Shown one piece after another: positions 24,238 to 37,500 of a stretch of 64,000 nt of DNA. The stretch is from Tubulanus polymorphus (lineage: Eukaryota > Animalia > Nemertea), in contig NC_134028.1 of assembly GCF_964204645.1 (NCBI RefSeq), forward strand, positions 23,060,345 to 23,124,344, in the 5' to 3' direction. The translations under genes and the position numbers were made by a program. A model generated the notes under the pieces. It was not told the origin of the DNA, searched no databases, and saw only the letters and a program-made list of their open reading frames with translations. How positions within the stretch are numbered: the first letter of the stretch is position 1; each line of letters opens with the position of its first letter.

Positions 24238-26368
24238 TAAAGGCTGAATGAAATACTGTATCAATATATATTTATACATAGTACATGTACATGGTACTGG
24301 CAGGATTTGTAGCAGTCAAGAGTCTAAAGGCAGAATTCAGGGCTTATCCTAAATTCTACTTTAAGTAAGCCATTTTCAGGCTTAGTCAAGACGCACTACA
24401 AACCCTGAACTGGTTGGTGTATGTTATCAGACACTTTGCAAAAATTACCATGCTCTTGTAATTCAGGGAGTATGTTTTAATATTTTTTCTTAATACTGCA
24501 ATTTCTAGGACCCGAGAAATTTCTGGTCAGCAATTTCTAGTATATCTTTATATATTATGCCTTTCCTACAATATATATTGTACTGTGTACAATATATACA
24601 TTGTACCGGTACTGTGTGTGTGTGTTTGAAAAATATCTCTCGTCGACACAACCACTGACTAATCCACAAAGACTAATTAGATAGATTTTAAGGGACTAGA
24701 TCTTTCTTATACAACAACATCGGCAATGAAATGACATCAAGATGTTCCACTGAAAATAACAACTACTCTGTATGTAAGACGTCCGATCCACAAAATTCAT
24801 ATTCCATGCAAAAATTCATCATAAAATGTTCACTATATAAATATGTTCATTATTAGCACAATGGAGTGTATAAAACTCTGACTCGATTATTAAACATTAC
24901 CGGTAATGTACTTCAACTTACTTAAAGTCACAACTGTGTATAAAAAAACTGACTTAATAAACTTGTATGTCTAAGCCATTAAACCTAATACCGGGTAGTT
25001 ATAGGTAGGACTTCACTACGCTCAACTACGGTCGAGTTCGAATTCAATTTCTCATCCAGTCACAAGTTTAAAGGCGACATAAATCTGTCAAAAATATCTT
25101 CGGCGAAAAATACTACATGCACAATATATACATTCACATTATCTGAAACAGACACCAAGTTGAAATGATTTGATAGCATATGAATTAAGAGATGAATGTT
25201 CAAAAATTCAAACTCAAACTGTTTGAGCATCTAAACTACAATTGCCATGTATCAATACTTTAATATTGTTTATCTATTATGAATAGCTAAGTAAATATAG
25301 TACTTTGAGAAAAAGAGTCGTAGCCTTAAAATCCCATACATGCATCTGAACTGTCGATTTTAAAAATGAGAAAATGAGTAATTTGATGATGTTATTTTAG
25401 TTCTATTCTATTCTAGGTTGTGACCAAAACAGTTCATCCGTTTGTAATGAGCTCTACGCTACCATAAATAGACTATAATGATACTAACATTCAATCTATA
25501 ACTAATTCACATGTCCAATTAGCACTGCACGACTCTATGTTATATCTGTAATACATACAGCTTCGCAAAAGTAAAATAACCCAAAAAATAAACTTCTTAT
25601 AAAAACAAATGGCAAATAATATAATACAACAATTTATATTGTAAATTCCCTAAGCAACTGCCTCTCCCCTCTGACTCCCAATAGTCATTCCAATTGTATC
25701 AAGTAAACAATATTCACATAAAATGGAGTATTTTTGGAATATTTAACAGCTGTCGATATGTTACTATGATAATCAAGATGAAGTGATATAGAATATTCAA
25801 ATGAGAGGACTGGCTGAGAAGGGAAGTCAAAAACAACAGCAAGTATTCTGTAAACTACTAAATAAATTAACAACTCTGATGTTTAATCTCCTCGGAAAGT
25901 GTCAATATAGCTGTATTGAATAATGCATAGGACACACAGGGCACAATGTGGTACGTAGAACTGGATAGAGTGTGACTGTCGTTTATAGAAACAGATTGTG
26001 ACGCACAGCGATTGTCTTTGTATGAATAAATGAACGCAGTCTGCTACACGCGTATTTACGTTGAAAGTGAAGACAAGAATCCCTCTACCCTGATATAATA
26101 ACCGATGGAATGCATCTTTACACACTCGATGTAACTGACAATAGCTGCAAGCGATTTGAATGCATGATCGAAGCCACTATAAACTCACTATTATCATACA
26201 CAGGTTTTATCTACATTTTTTTACGTCAATCGACGAAATTCACTCTGTCGGAAAATGAAAATGAGTACCGTACTAAAAACGACCTTACTGGTCTTGATCT
26301 AATGGATTTGCTAGGAATCAACAAACTGTTTGTTATCTAAGACCTTTGAAAACCTCACCGATATCCAA

Positions 26369-26619
26369 TCTGAGTTCATCTAATATTAACGATCCTAACC
26401 AACTCTGAACCCAGTTGTACATTCTATGACTCTGAGTTCATCTAATATTGATGATCCTAACCAGCTCTGAACCCAGTTGTAGAATCTTTGACTCTGAATT
26501 CATCTAATATTGATGATCCTAACCAGCTCTGAACCCAGTTGTACATTCTTTGACTCTGAATTCATCTAATATTGATGATCCTAACCAGCTCTGAACCCAG
26601 TTGTACATTCTTTGACTCT
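26369..26619. repeat. 62-bp tandem repeat, 4 copies, just 3' of the TBC1D16 stop
   Basis: Units start at 26369, 26431, 26493, 26555 (TCTGARTTCATCTAATATT...GAACCCAGTTGTA...GAC). Confidence 0.92.
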
Positions 26620-26740
26620 TAAAAAACATAGGAATTTTCTTTCAATTATATCATCGTTGATATGGTGTCTCTCACCACAGATAGACCGCTTGTAGAAGTT
26701 GATTCTCACGTTTCTGCCTTTCGTCTTCATTCTGTAATTG

Positions 26741-29700
26741 TCAACTAGGTGGCGTTGTTACTTCGTTCGGGCACGGTTCGTCGCCGGTATGGCCGACACA
26801 TCTGATAGCCGGAACGTGACCGCTATCCCAAATACCGGGGCCGCACGTAGCGCTGAGACCTATCAGCGTGCACGGTATACTGCGTCTAGTACGAAACTGA
26901 TGCAACAAACCTCGAGCCTGGAATGAAATATTGAAAAGTTTCTCATATTTGAGTTTTCAAATGGATTAGGAAATTAGTGATATTCAAGGAAGAAGGTAAT
27001 AGCCTTGAGTGGAGAAAAATTTGTTAGTTTAAAGTGTTGAAACTTATTCAAGAAATGTGTGAACAATAGCAAATACCCTGAGTTTTACAGATTTTTCTAG
27101 CAAATTTTGTCGAATTCCTCGACCTTTGCCTGATTTTATTCTAGATTTTTCTGATTCCCTAAGTTTTCCAGGAAGTGTTCCAGGTCAGCGGCCACCCTGC
27201 ATTAGGAGTGTTGTTAAACTAGAATCCGTACCTTTCTCAGAACGACAACTCCGGACATGTGCATTGATAAACTGCTGAAATGAAGCAGCATCTCGTCTGC
27301 CGGTAGATCCTGTTGTACGACGTCTTCACCGTAAACGGAAATAATCGCGACGCAGATGAACAAGTGGAAATAATCCGTCTGATAATGAGCCCAACACGAC
27401 TCCCAGATTCTCATTGCGTCGTCTTCCGGGAATTCACGTTTGAAACATAACAAAATCCAACTGAAACGATTATAGAACACAGTGTAAGTGACAAAATATA
27501 TAACCCTGGACCCAGTTCCACAGTTCTGAGTTAAGATTTGACTCAGAGTTAAATCATTGGAAATGAACTAATTTTAAGCCAGAGTGAACTCTAACTCACG
27601 ACTGTGGAACTAGGTCCTGATGTAACAAGTTTTTCCAAGAATGGAACACCTGTATCATTAAGAGAAACCCACAATATCAATTTAAATGACTGTTATTGTT
27701 TGTCTTATACATTTCGGGTAGAATCCGTCCACCCATCTTCAGAGCTTATTTGAAATATGTTTCTCTAAATGATATCCAACAAATGACACAAGATCTTTAT
27801 TTGCCTTCAACCGGCAGTTTAATGGTCTCCCAGATTTCCCTAAGGTCGTAATCTAAGCCAGCCGTGTTAGCTCTCCCTACGAGGAAGTATGGAAAGATAG
27901 TTCTGAAGTAACACGTACCGATGACAGAATAATAAATCCATCGCATCGCCGAGTTTACATAGATGTTTGTAAAATGGATTCAACATCAGCTTCAACAATC
28001 CACGAAGATATCCCTGAAAATATACATCAAGCATTCAAAAAAACAATTTCAACACAACAAGTCAGGTGAACTTTGAGTCACTACTTACCAGTTGTCGATC
28101 CATGTCGGTATCTTTAGGTGAACTACAGAATATAGTATGTTGCATCAGTCCCACGAAACACCAGTAAGCATCAGCTTCGTGTTTTAATTCAGCCAGTATC
28201 GGCGCTAAAAGATCGGACATTCCTTGCGTATAACCAAGGTGAGGATTTGCAACCGCGTAATTCAGTAGAATATGCCTGAAAATAGATAGATTTTAATCTC
28301 AGTATTCGGAGTTAATGAGCAAAAACCACTGATGATGATCTAAAAGTATATGGTGACAGTTTTGAAGTTTTGACTGGAAAATAACCAATTTCATTTTCAT
28401 TTTCATTTCTCTGATGACCAAGACCGATATTTTGCTATATTTTCAACTTACTTCAAAACATCAACATTAGGATTGCCTTCCCCTCTGAAATATGGATGAC
28501 TTCGATCGGTTCTGACAACATCTTTCTCTACGATCGATTGAATGTTACGCCAAAACTTCTCCTGTTCATCGCCAGACATTGCTTCCCTAATAAAACATGC
28601 CGTTAATAACAGCTATCAGTTTTCTGATCTGACACTTAACAATTCCCAATAGAGTTATATCGTAGGAAGATGCTTAATCTATAGACAATATTTCTCATTT
28701 TCTTTGTGATAGTTTTACCCTAAGGTTTAATAAAATGCACACCGCCAGCTGTTATGATTCAACCCAGGATTCGACTTAAACATCCATAGAATACGAACCC
28801 AATCTATTTTGAATATTCATGAGTTGCTGATTGTGATGAATTGATTAACGATTAACGAGACATGCACATCGCAAACAACCCAAGAATTAATTTCAAATTA
28901 CTGATATTAGTAGTAAGTACACTATTGAATCGTAAATCGATAAGTAATAAATATGGACATTAGCAGCGAACCCCTGGCTGAACTGCATTAACAAGATTAA
29001 CAATTATCTACTTAAGCCAACTCCGGGAGAAGTGAGACAGAGTTCAATCAAACGACGTTCAACAGCGCCTGAATAACTGTTACTGTCTCTCTCACCATGC
29101 AGCATATGTCACTCATTAATGATTAGTTCATATTTCATTCAACTCAATTCAGCAAACGATATTAGCAGATCAGTAGATCACTATATCAGTGGTGAAACAA
29201 TCAATGTGAAATACGTCGAATGACTTACGCAAAAGGTTTATTTAGAAATACTAGAAATGAAAGCCTGGAAAGGTGGCAGGAACTATTCGAAATATTTCTA
29301 GTATTTTCAAATTAACTTTTTAAATCATTCGACTATTGTGACAGGATTTCCAGTGGTAAGGCCAGGATAAAAAAAAGTACTAAGAAGGACTTTTTCGGCA
29401 AAAGACCCAAAAGGAGGGACTTGTGGGCCCATAAGGAAGCATTTTTGCAATGCCTTGGCCTGAATACTCGTCATGTAGATCAATCATACATGTCAGGTTA
29501 ATTCCATAACACTTTCCTGTATATTCAATCTTACTGACAATTGAATTACCAGGTCTGAGTAAGAAAATACTTCGACAGTCGAATTCACGACAAAATCGCG
29601 CACAAAAAGTACATAAAACTCAAATTTGGAAGGACTTTTTTCTCAAGAGGAAGGACTTTGAGTCAAAAAGAAGGACAAAGATGGTGTTTGTCCAAACTGT

Positions 29701-32700
29701 TTCCAAAAGAAGGACAAAGAAGGACTTGGAAGGACCGCTGGAAACCCTGTGTGAGATATCCAAACAATTTTAGTATCTATTACGGATGAATCAATCAAAT
29801 AACAGACTTCTTTCCCTTACGGTTTTCGCTTAAATATTTTTTCAGTGGCTTTATCGTACAAATCTGGATAACGTCTAATACTATAATAAAGATATCTCGA
29901 CTGAGATTTTCATTTACGCTTCATAATCATCATAAAGAGAGAGACAAATGAACAATACGAGTCAATTCGTACGGATCTCTGAAATCAAAAGCTGTTCGCG
30001 AGAGAGAGAACATTGTTCGGCGGAGAAACAGCTGTTTATAGCGTATAGAATCGACTCTCACCGTTTACTGCGGATCTCGTTGTATTGTATGTATCTATCG
30101 TTGCGAATCGTTTCGCGTTCGTCGAACGTCGAATCGAACGGGTAATAATGCAACAGAAACGGCCACGCCTCCGAGCGTAACGTCGTGTGAAGACTGCCGA
30201 AAAATATCGCCTGAAAATATAGTTTCGAAATACGATGTTGTAGAGGAGCTATCAAATCAAAAATATTAAGAGAGGACTTTTATAGAGATTAACTCAGTGA
30301 ATAACTCCCTAAACTTCCCTGAGTTTTTTCTAGATTCCCCCAGTTTTCCTGGTCAGTGGTCACCATGTTAGAAATTACGCGCTATCAATCCATAGCAGCT
30401 TTATCAGGTAAATGAGTGAAGTCAATGCAGAAACTACAAAACATTATTTATAGGGAGAGTGATACTAAATATGAGTGGAGTTTCTATATTAACTTCACTC
30501 ATATATCTGATGAAGCTATCATATGCACTAATAGCAAAAGCTTTAATATCTAACAAAATCAGTTTACCTTCACAATATTACCCATCTTCGTTTTTAACAG
30601 TTTCAAATATATCAAACAATGTTTCGGGCTAAGTGTTTAGACAAAATCAAAGACATTTTCTAGATTTTGTTTCAAATTCTAATAGCTGAATATATCTGCG
30701 AACCTTTCTGAGCAGGTGTTGTTCTTCTATTTGCCCGTCGGAATTCATGTGATGTCTCCACATTTCGTCGTCGACGACGTCGTATAGGCCTTCCTCCGGG
30801 TGATAGTGATCGCGATTTATCTTCGGCCGTATCACAGAAAACTGTTTACACAAATGATCCGTGCTACTTTTCTACAAATACAACATTTAAAAAAAAATAA
30901 TCTTAGACCAGATTCTTTTTTGGTTCAAAATATGAACACCATCAATAAGACACGATATCTGTGTTGAGATGATAAAGTATACTATGAAGTCCGAAAATGT
31001 TTCCTCGAGCTAGTAACCTATTCAACGTTTCGACTATATTCTAATATCGCTGAAGATGACTTAACAACATTGAAGAATAAACTACTAACTCAAACAAACT
31101 GCCACTGGAATTTTTGGACTTAATATTATTTTTTTCGTTAGGCCTATTATCGCGTGATTTGCTATGCATCATTTTGAATATGAAGTTTTATCATAAATTG
31201 AAAATCTCGAGTCGAACCTTTTCTTTATTCGGTTGCGCGAAGAATTTCCATTCCTCGAAGACCGTGGCTAGTTTATCCATTCCACCGTGGTGAAAGTGCA
31301 ATATCTTATATTGACTTTCGCGACTGACGAGAACCATTTGACCGCTGGTGAATGTGTCATCATTATAGAACAATCTTAACGATCTCATTTGTCCTGTAAA
31401 ACGTACAGCAACATTTGAACAAATTCCACCAGAACATTATTTTACACACAAATTGCGCGACGACAAAGAGAGTCAAATACTAATTCAATTTATTTAAAGT
31501 TTTCAGATAAAGCCACAACAGAATCGTAAAATTTATCCTTGAAAAATAGTTAATACACAACAGCACAATCACTACAGCCTCATCAGGTATAATGTACGAA
31601 ATTAGCTACAAGGCATATAAAGTCCACAGCTTATATGCCATTATATGCCTTTATAGTTGTAACTAATTCAACTCTCTACCTAAAGTCAAAAGTTTTTAGA
31701 GTTTAGCATATAAGAGGAGATTTGAGGACAATTTTTCTGGAATATACTGGAATTTTCAGGGAGTAATCAAGGATTAAGTGATGAACTACAATTAAAGAAT
31801 TCATAAATTGTTTAAGTTACCTAAATCAACTGAAAACACTCCACACATTTGTTCTTTCGCCGTTTTCTTCGTTGGAGTCGGATTCTGTTTATTATCCGAC
31901 AGCGAGTTCTCGGGGAATGTAAGATTGTGTTGTAACGCTTCGACGACTTGAGACGCGCAACTGAGCATCGAACTCTTCCTCTGAACCGGAGAACTCGGAG
32001 TCGAATCGACGTCGTCGTCGGATACCGGAGTCGGAGGTCGCGAATCGGGACCGGACGTCGACCCGGACGACGACGACAACGCGTCGTAACCATCGGTAGC
32101 CGATACATCCGCGACGACCGATTCTTGCGGCCATTTCTCGCTTTCCGATTGGCTTAGATCGAGAGTTAAGGTCGACCGTTTATCAGGTTGATTGCGCGGA
32201 GTATCGCCGCGCGGCGAAACGTGATTCGAAACGTCGTTCGTTCCCGGAAATCGTTCGAAGCTTTCGAAAACGTCGTTTTCTTTCGCTTCCGTCACGACGA
32301 CTAAATGTTCTCCTTCCATTTCGATGCTGGCGACCGAACGATTCGAATCGTTTCGTTTGCCTCTCGTCGTTCGGGAATCGAGGGGAATCTCGTAGTTGGC
32401 GTCGCTATCCGGCGAATTCACGCGACTCGAATCGTCGTCCGATATCAACGGTTCTCGACTCTCGCTGAACGACACCGACGACGCCGGTAGATTCAGACGC
32501 GCGGTCGACGACGCGCGATCGATGTCTTCGTGTCCGATTCCCGAATCGGTTTGAGATTTCAAACTGTGTCCGCCATTTTTACGTAGATCTCCGTCCGGCG
32601 TCAACGAGACGTCCGACGATGAATCTTTCTCCCGATTAGTTTCCGACGTCGGCGAGGTCGGCGTAGTAACCGTATCGTCGTGAGTATATTCCGCCTGATG

Positions 32701-33750
32701 TCGACGCCGCGGACTCGGGCGAGGACTCGGTTTCGGAGTCACGGCTAACGTCATACCCAGCGGACTGTTCATCGGACTGTTTTCGATGCTCAGCGGGTTT
32801 CGTTTCAGCGTCGAATTCGGGATCCACGTTAAAATCAGGGTTGATCCGAGCAGCTGAAAATCATAGTCACACTGTCTTTAGAAATTCTCAAATAATAATA
32901 TGATCATTTTTCACATTAAATTGTGATGAAAAAATCATTTATAGTTTGAAATCAAGATCATTATGGCACCATTCTTGCAAAAATTTAATGTTACTCATTC
33001 TGATCGATTTTTCAGATTTTGCAGTGTAAGGTATTCAAGAAAGCATCAAAGAAAATGAGTGAAAAATCAGGATTCCAACCCACCACTTAATGTGCACCAC
33101 TAGCGTACTACAACCATTAGTTCCAACTGACGGAACTCATAAAAAATTATGTTTTAACTACAGTTAAAATTCATTATAATGCCATCCTTTCTAATGCCAC
33201 TGCTTACTTAAAATCAACATTTTTAGGGAACAAATTTGCTCAATCTCACTTAAATTCAATGAAAATTTCATTCTTTATAACGCCATATTTTTATCAGTCC
33301 CAATGGTGACATTATAAAGGACTTTAACTGAAGTTATAGCCCTAAACATAACCCGTACCCTGACACCTGAAGACCCTTTTCCTAACCCTATACCCTGACA
33401 TCCTATTCAGCCCTTTTTCTAACCCTTATTGTAAAAGAAATTCTTTAAATCATCGGCGAATAGCATTGTTTATTAGAATAATGCAATATTGACAAAAAAC
33501 GCCTACCCACTTCCTAAAAATTACAGTCCTGAAGAAATTAAAGATTTACCTCATCATCTTGAGCGCGTATTGTTAGATAACCGGGATGATGTTCTACGTC
33601 GGAGTCAGTCGACATCGACGAAGGCGGATGAACGCATACATTATTCTTACAGTAAATAATTTCACCGTCGATCGGAGGTTGTTTGTTTCCGTCGGGACTA
33701 CCGAGACCGAGGAAATTAGTCGCCTTCTTTAATAACGTACTCAACGACAT
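26741..33750 (-). CDS. TBC1D16: TBC1 domain family member 16 (Rab-GAP), 849 aa
   Basis: Exons 33750-33550, 32853-31821, 31393-31218, 30871-30704, 30210-30062, 28586-28452, 28275-28089, 28013-27919, 27460-27232, 26917-26741 (2550 nt). Motifs GEIIYCKNNVCVHPP, ESQYKILHFHHGG, VEKDVVRTDR, GYTQGMSDLL, WESCWAHYQTDYFHLF. Confidence 0.95.
29342..29749. mobile_element. Non-autonomous DNA element with 5-bp target duplication
   Basis: TGTGA|CAGGATTTCCAGTGGT ... ACCGCTGGAAACCCTG|TGTGA; repeated AAGGAC subterminal motifs. Confidence 0.7.
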
Positions 33751-34399
33751 ATTGATCGATCGATACCCTAGAAATATAATCGATAGGCTTACACATGATT
33801 CGCGGAACTTCAGTTTCGTCAAAAGGTTTAAAAATATTTATTTAATCAATTTTTGTCATGTAATCAGTTAAAGAGCGAAGGAAAATGTTAGAGAACATAA
33901 AGTCAAACTTGGGCAACGTTTCAGTTTTACTAATTTTCGAAAGCACTAACCCTAATAAACCCCCAACTTCTGGACCCTTGAGTCTAACCATTATTATAAA
34001 ATCTTTCTGATTAAATGGTTTTTCTGTGAAATACAACAACCGGTAAAAAATCCACGCAAAAAAGGGTCCAGACGCAAAAGAATTTGACCCCAGTGTCATG
34101 TACTATTCTGGTACTATTTTTTCAAAAAGTACCTAAAATTAGGATACTGGGGTAAAATATTTTTGCGTCAGGCCCTCTGTGTTGGATCGATGTTTTTTTG
34201 GATTGTGATTGATGATGATGGATTTTGGCCTAATTTATTCAAAATGTGAGCTATTCTAACCACCTAATTTATGATATTCTGTGATATTTTTATTGAACAC
34301 ATTTTATTAAAACACCGTGTCATTAAACGATGTTTGAAAGTTCGGAATATTCCTCAAAATCCATACCAGTTTTTAGCAAATTTCGTAATCCTACTCTCC

Positions 34400-34561
34400 T
34401 GTCAAGTCAGCCATATTTCCGCATGTTTGTCGCATGTGTTCCGCATGTCCCGACATTCAATCCGCATGTCACCGTCTGGCGGTTAGACGCAAACCAGCGG
34501 AACCCGACTGCCGGTGGGGCGCTGTAAACCCGGAAGCGCTGGCATGGAAACCCAAAACAAC
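34400..34561. promoter_or_regulatory. Bidirectional promoter TBC1D16 / CCDC40 with X-box-like and ETS-like motifs
   Basis: GC-rich island; CCGGAAG at 34530-34536; GCTGGCATGGAAAC at 34538-34551; TBC1D16 first coding exon is preceded by a splice acceptor, implying a non-coding exon starting in this area. Confidence 0.6.
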
Positions 34562-37500
34562 ATGGCCGACAACGAACAAGTTGAAAACGAAAAGTAAGAA
34601 TTTTATCGAAAATATCACCGTTTATTTCTCTTATTCATCGTATAGTCATCTTCTTAAAAAAACTCTACAACTATTCTTTAAGATCTATATCGTAAGAATA
34701 GTCTAAACTTGAGTTGGAGTCGTAGTAGACACAAAAAAAGTCAAATTTTCTTGACTTTTTAGAGTCGACGAAACAACAGTTGTTTATTTATTATTTTGTT
34801 TACAAACAGTCAAAAGATGTCTGAACAAGGTTCAAGGCCTGGTTCTGCTGCGGAGCGTGAAAAAACTGGTGTTGAAGATGTAGTTTCTGCAGTTACTGTG
34901 AAAGCTTTACAAGAGGTGGGTAGATACCCTTTTGTCCTCCTCCTCAGCCCTAATTTCATTGGGAGTCTTCCGTAATTTATTCAGCTAATTCTGTTTCGGT
35001 TTCAGTTTGATACTGGACATTATTCACCAGACAGACCGAAAGATAGCAGTCGACCAGGATCAGCTAAATCACAAACAAAGCCACCTTCAAAATCAGGTCA
35101 GTTTTTATCCTATTTAAACTGTTTATCTTGATGTAAATCAATTTTTTGTAAGTTAGTTATATTTGGTATGTTATAATTCTAGGTTCACGCGCTGGTTCTA
35201 GACCTGGTTCTAGACCAACTTCAGCTGCTAAACCATCGTCGAGGCCAACTTCAGCAGCAGCACAAAAACCACCCTCTCGTCCTGGTTCTGCTGCGAAAGT
35301 GTCATCTCGTCCAGCATCCGGGGAGAAACCAGCATCTCGTCCAACATCAGCAGCAAGACCTGCGTCTGGAGAAAAACCAGCATCTCGACCTGGCTCTGCA
35401 GCGAGACCCGCGTCTGGAGAAAAACCAGCATCTCGACCAACATCAGCAGCAAGACCTGAGTCTGGAGAAAAACCAGCATCTCGGCCAGCATCAGCGGCAA
35501 GACCTGCATCTCGTCCAGCCTCAGGGGACAAAACTTCCAGACCGGGTTCAGCGGCTGACAAACCAGCATCACCTAAAACACAGAATAGACCTTCTTCATT
35601 AACTTCACCAGATAAATCTAAACATGCTGAAACATCTAAACAACCTCGTAAGTATTCCACCTATCAAATCAATGTATTTATCAGTGCAGTTTCATATCTT
35701 TAAATAATATCATCGTTTATAATAGTGGAGGATAACGCAGAAGATGAGACGGTTGCTAGGCCACCAACTGCTGCATCCGAAGCCGAGGAGGAGGCTGATG
35801 ATAACAAATCCACGGGTGAAGATGAGTCGGACATGCAAGAATCGATGTTACGCAGCGGTGGTGGAGATGATGATGATGATGATGATGGAGGAGATGATGA
35901 CGGTGATGATGATGACGACGACGATGATTTAGATGATTATGGGGGTCCAGATAATGAAGAGGAAAGTGAAGGGAGTGATGGAGAATCTGAACTGGTTGTA
36001 CTCGATCCTGATCACGTGAGTTCGCTCGTAGATTCTGAAGTAAATGTTTGTTTCAGCGTTCGTTTTTACCGTTACTAGAATATTGTAACGTCTACTTTTT
36101 CAGCCTCTGATGAAACGTTTCCAAAACGCGTTGAGAACGCATCTCCACAATCAACTGGAAAAAATTGAACTCGAGCTCAGAGAACAGGTAAACTCAAACT
36201 ATCATCTGATCGAAGAATCTTCCTTTCAAACCTGGACTACGACTTTTAAGACCTCAACTCCTCTCAAAAATACTCTTAAAATCAGAATATTTCTAGTTCA
36301 TTTACGATTAAACTGCAATCTTTGATTTGAAGTGAAATTGCTGTCACTTTTGGCAAAACTATTACAATTAGAGATTCTAGATAGTTCTAGTCTGTTTTTC
36401 GAAAGCATATTATTTCCAAACTTGCCCCAGGCACTGCAAGTACCAGCTAGATGTTATATATGTTTTGTTCAATTTGAACAGACGGAAGCGTTGAAAAAGA
36501 AGAAAACCGACCGCGAAGACATCGGCGTCGAATTGTACGGAGTTCAACAGGAACTCGCGCGGCATCAGGTGATGTTAGAAAATAAACACGATTCATTCGC
36601 GAACGTCGAACAAGAACGACAGCAAATTGAGGTCGAACTTCACGACGTTCGAGAGTTGTATAAAGAGAAACAATTCGATTTCGGATCCGAGCGAAAAAAA
36701 GGTGCGAATTTAAATTCTTAACAAATTTTAGAACGAATGATTATTACAGGTTGTTAGTTCTCTAAACGTAAAACCAGGTAGTACTGTGTAGGATAAATGA
36801 TTTTATCAAAATCGCTACTTCATTTGCTACTAGTGTATAACAATGCATAGAGTCTCACTCTCCCTCAAATACTGTTTACTGTTAACTTCACTTATTCACC
36901 TGATGAAGTGACTATGCACTATTAGTGAAAGCTCGTATATAAATCAACCTACGGATAGAGTACTGCCAGTATTCACGTTTATGGATTTCATACCTGGTTA
37001 ACACTCTCTAACAAGTCACAACTCTTTAGGTAAATTAATGATATCCAATGTGTATTTTTGCATTGAAACAGGTGCTGAATTACAACAAGAAGTGGAGAAC
37101 CTCGCGCTGAGATTGTTCTATATGCAGACCGCTAAAGAAGATGTGAGATCGGATATCGCTGTGATGCGTCGGGCGGCTGAGAAAGCTGAAACTGAAGTTT
37201 CAAAGATAGAAGACTCTAAGCAGAAACAGGTACCGTGTGTCTGGTGTGGAAGTGTATCTGGATCGAGTTCGGTTTATTGAACAGTTGATGTCGTGTATTT
37301 CAGGATTTATACGTTGATAAACTTGTGGAAAGAGTCGACAAATTGAAAGAAGAAATCTCGATGTACGAAGCTCAAATCGCTGCCCAAAGTGAAGAGACGA
37401 AAGCCGCTAAAGACGCTCTGATGGAAGCTGCTATGGAAATAGAGGTTATTCATTCATAAAACTGACGATTTCTTCAGTTCGTAGTATCATTATTTACGAT

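Noticed and set aside
26369-26619. CRISPR-like array
   Set aside because: Units are contiguous with no unique spacers, and the context is eukaryotic with no cas genes.
31821-32827. Several overlapping alternative-frame ORFs
   Set aside because: Expected in the GC/CpG-rich 1-kb TBC1D16 exon; same for 46538-48078 in the MICAL-like exon.
35157-35660. 167-aa antisense repeat ORF
   Set aside because: Mirror of the CCDC40 coding repeat.
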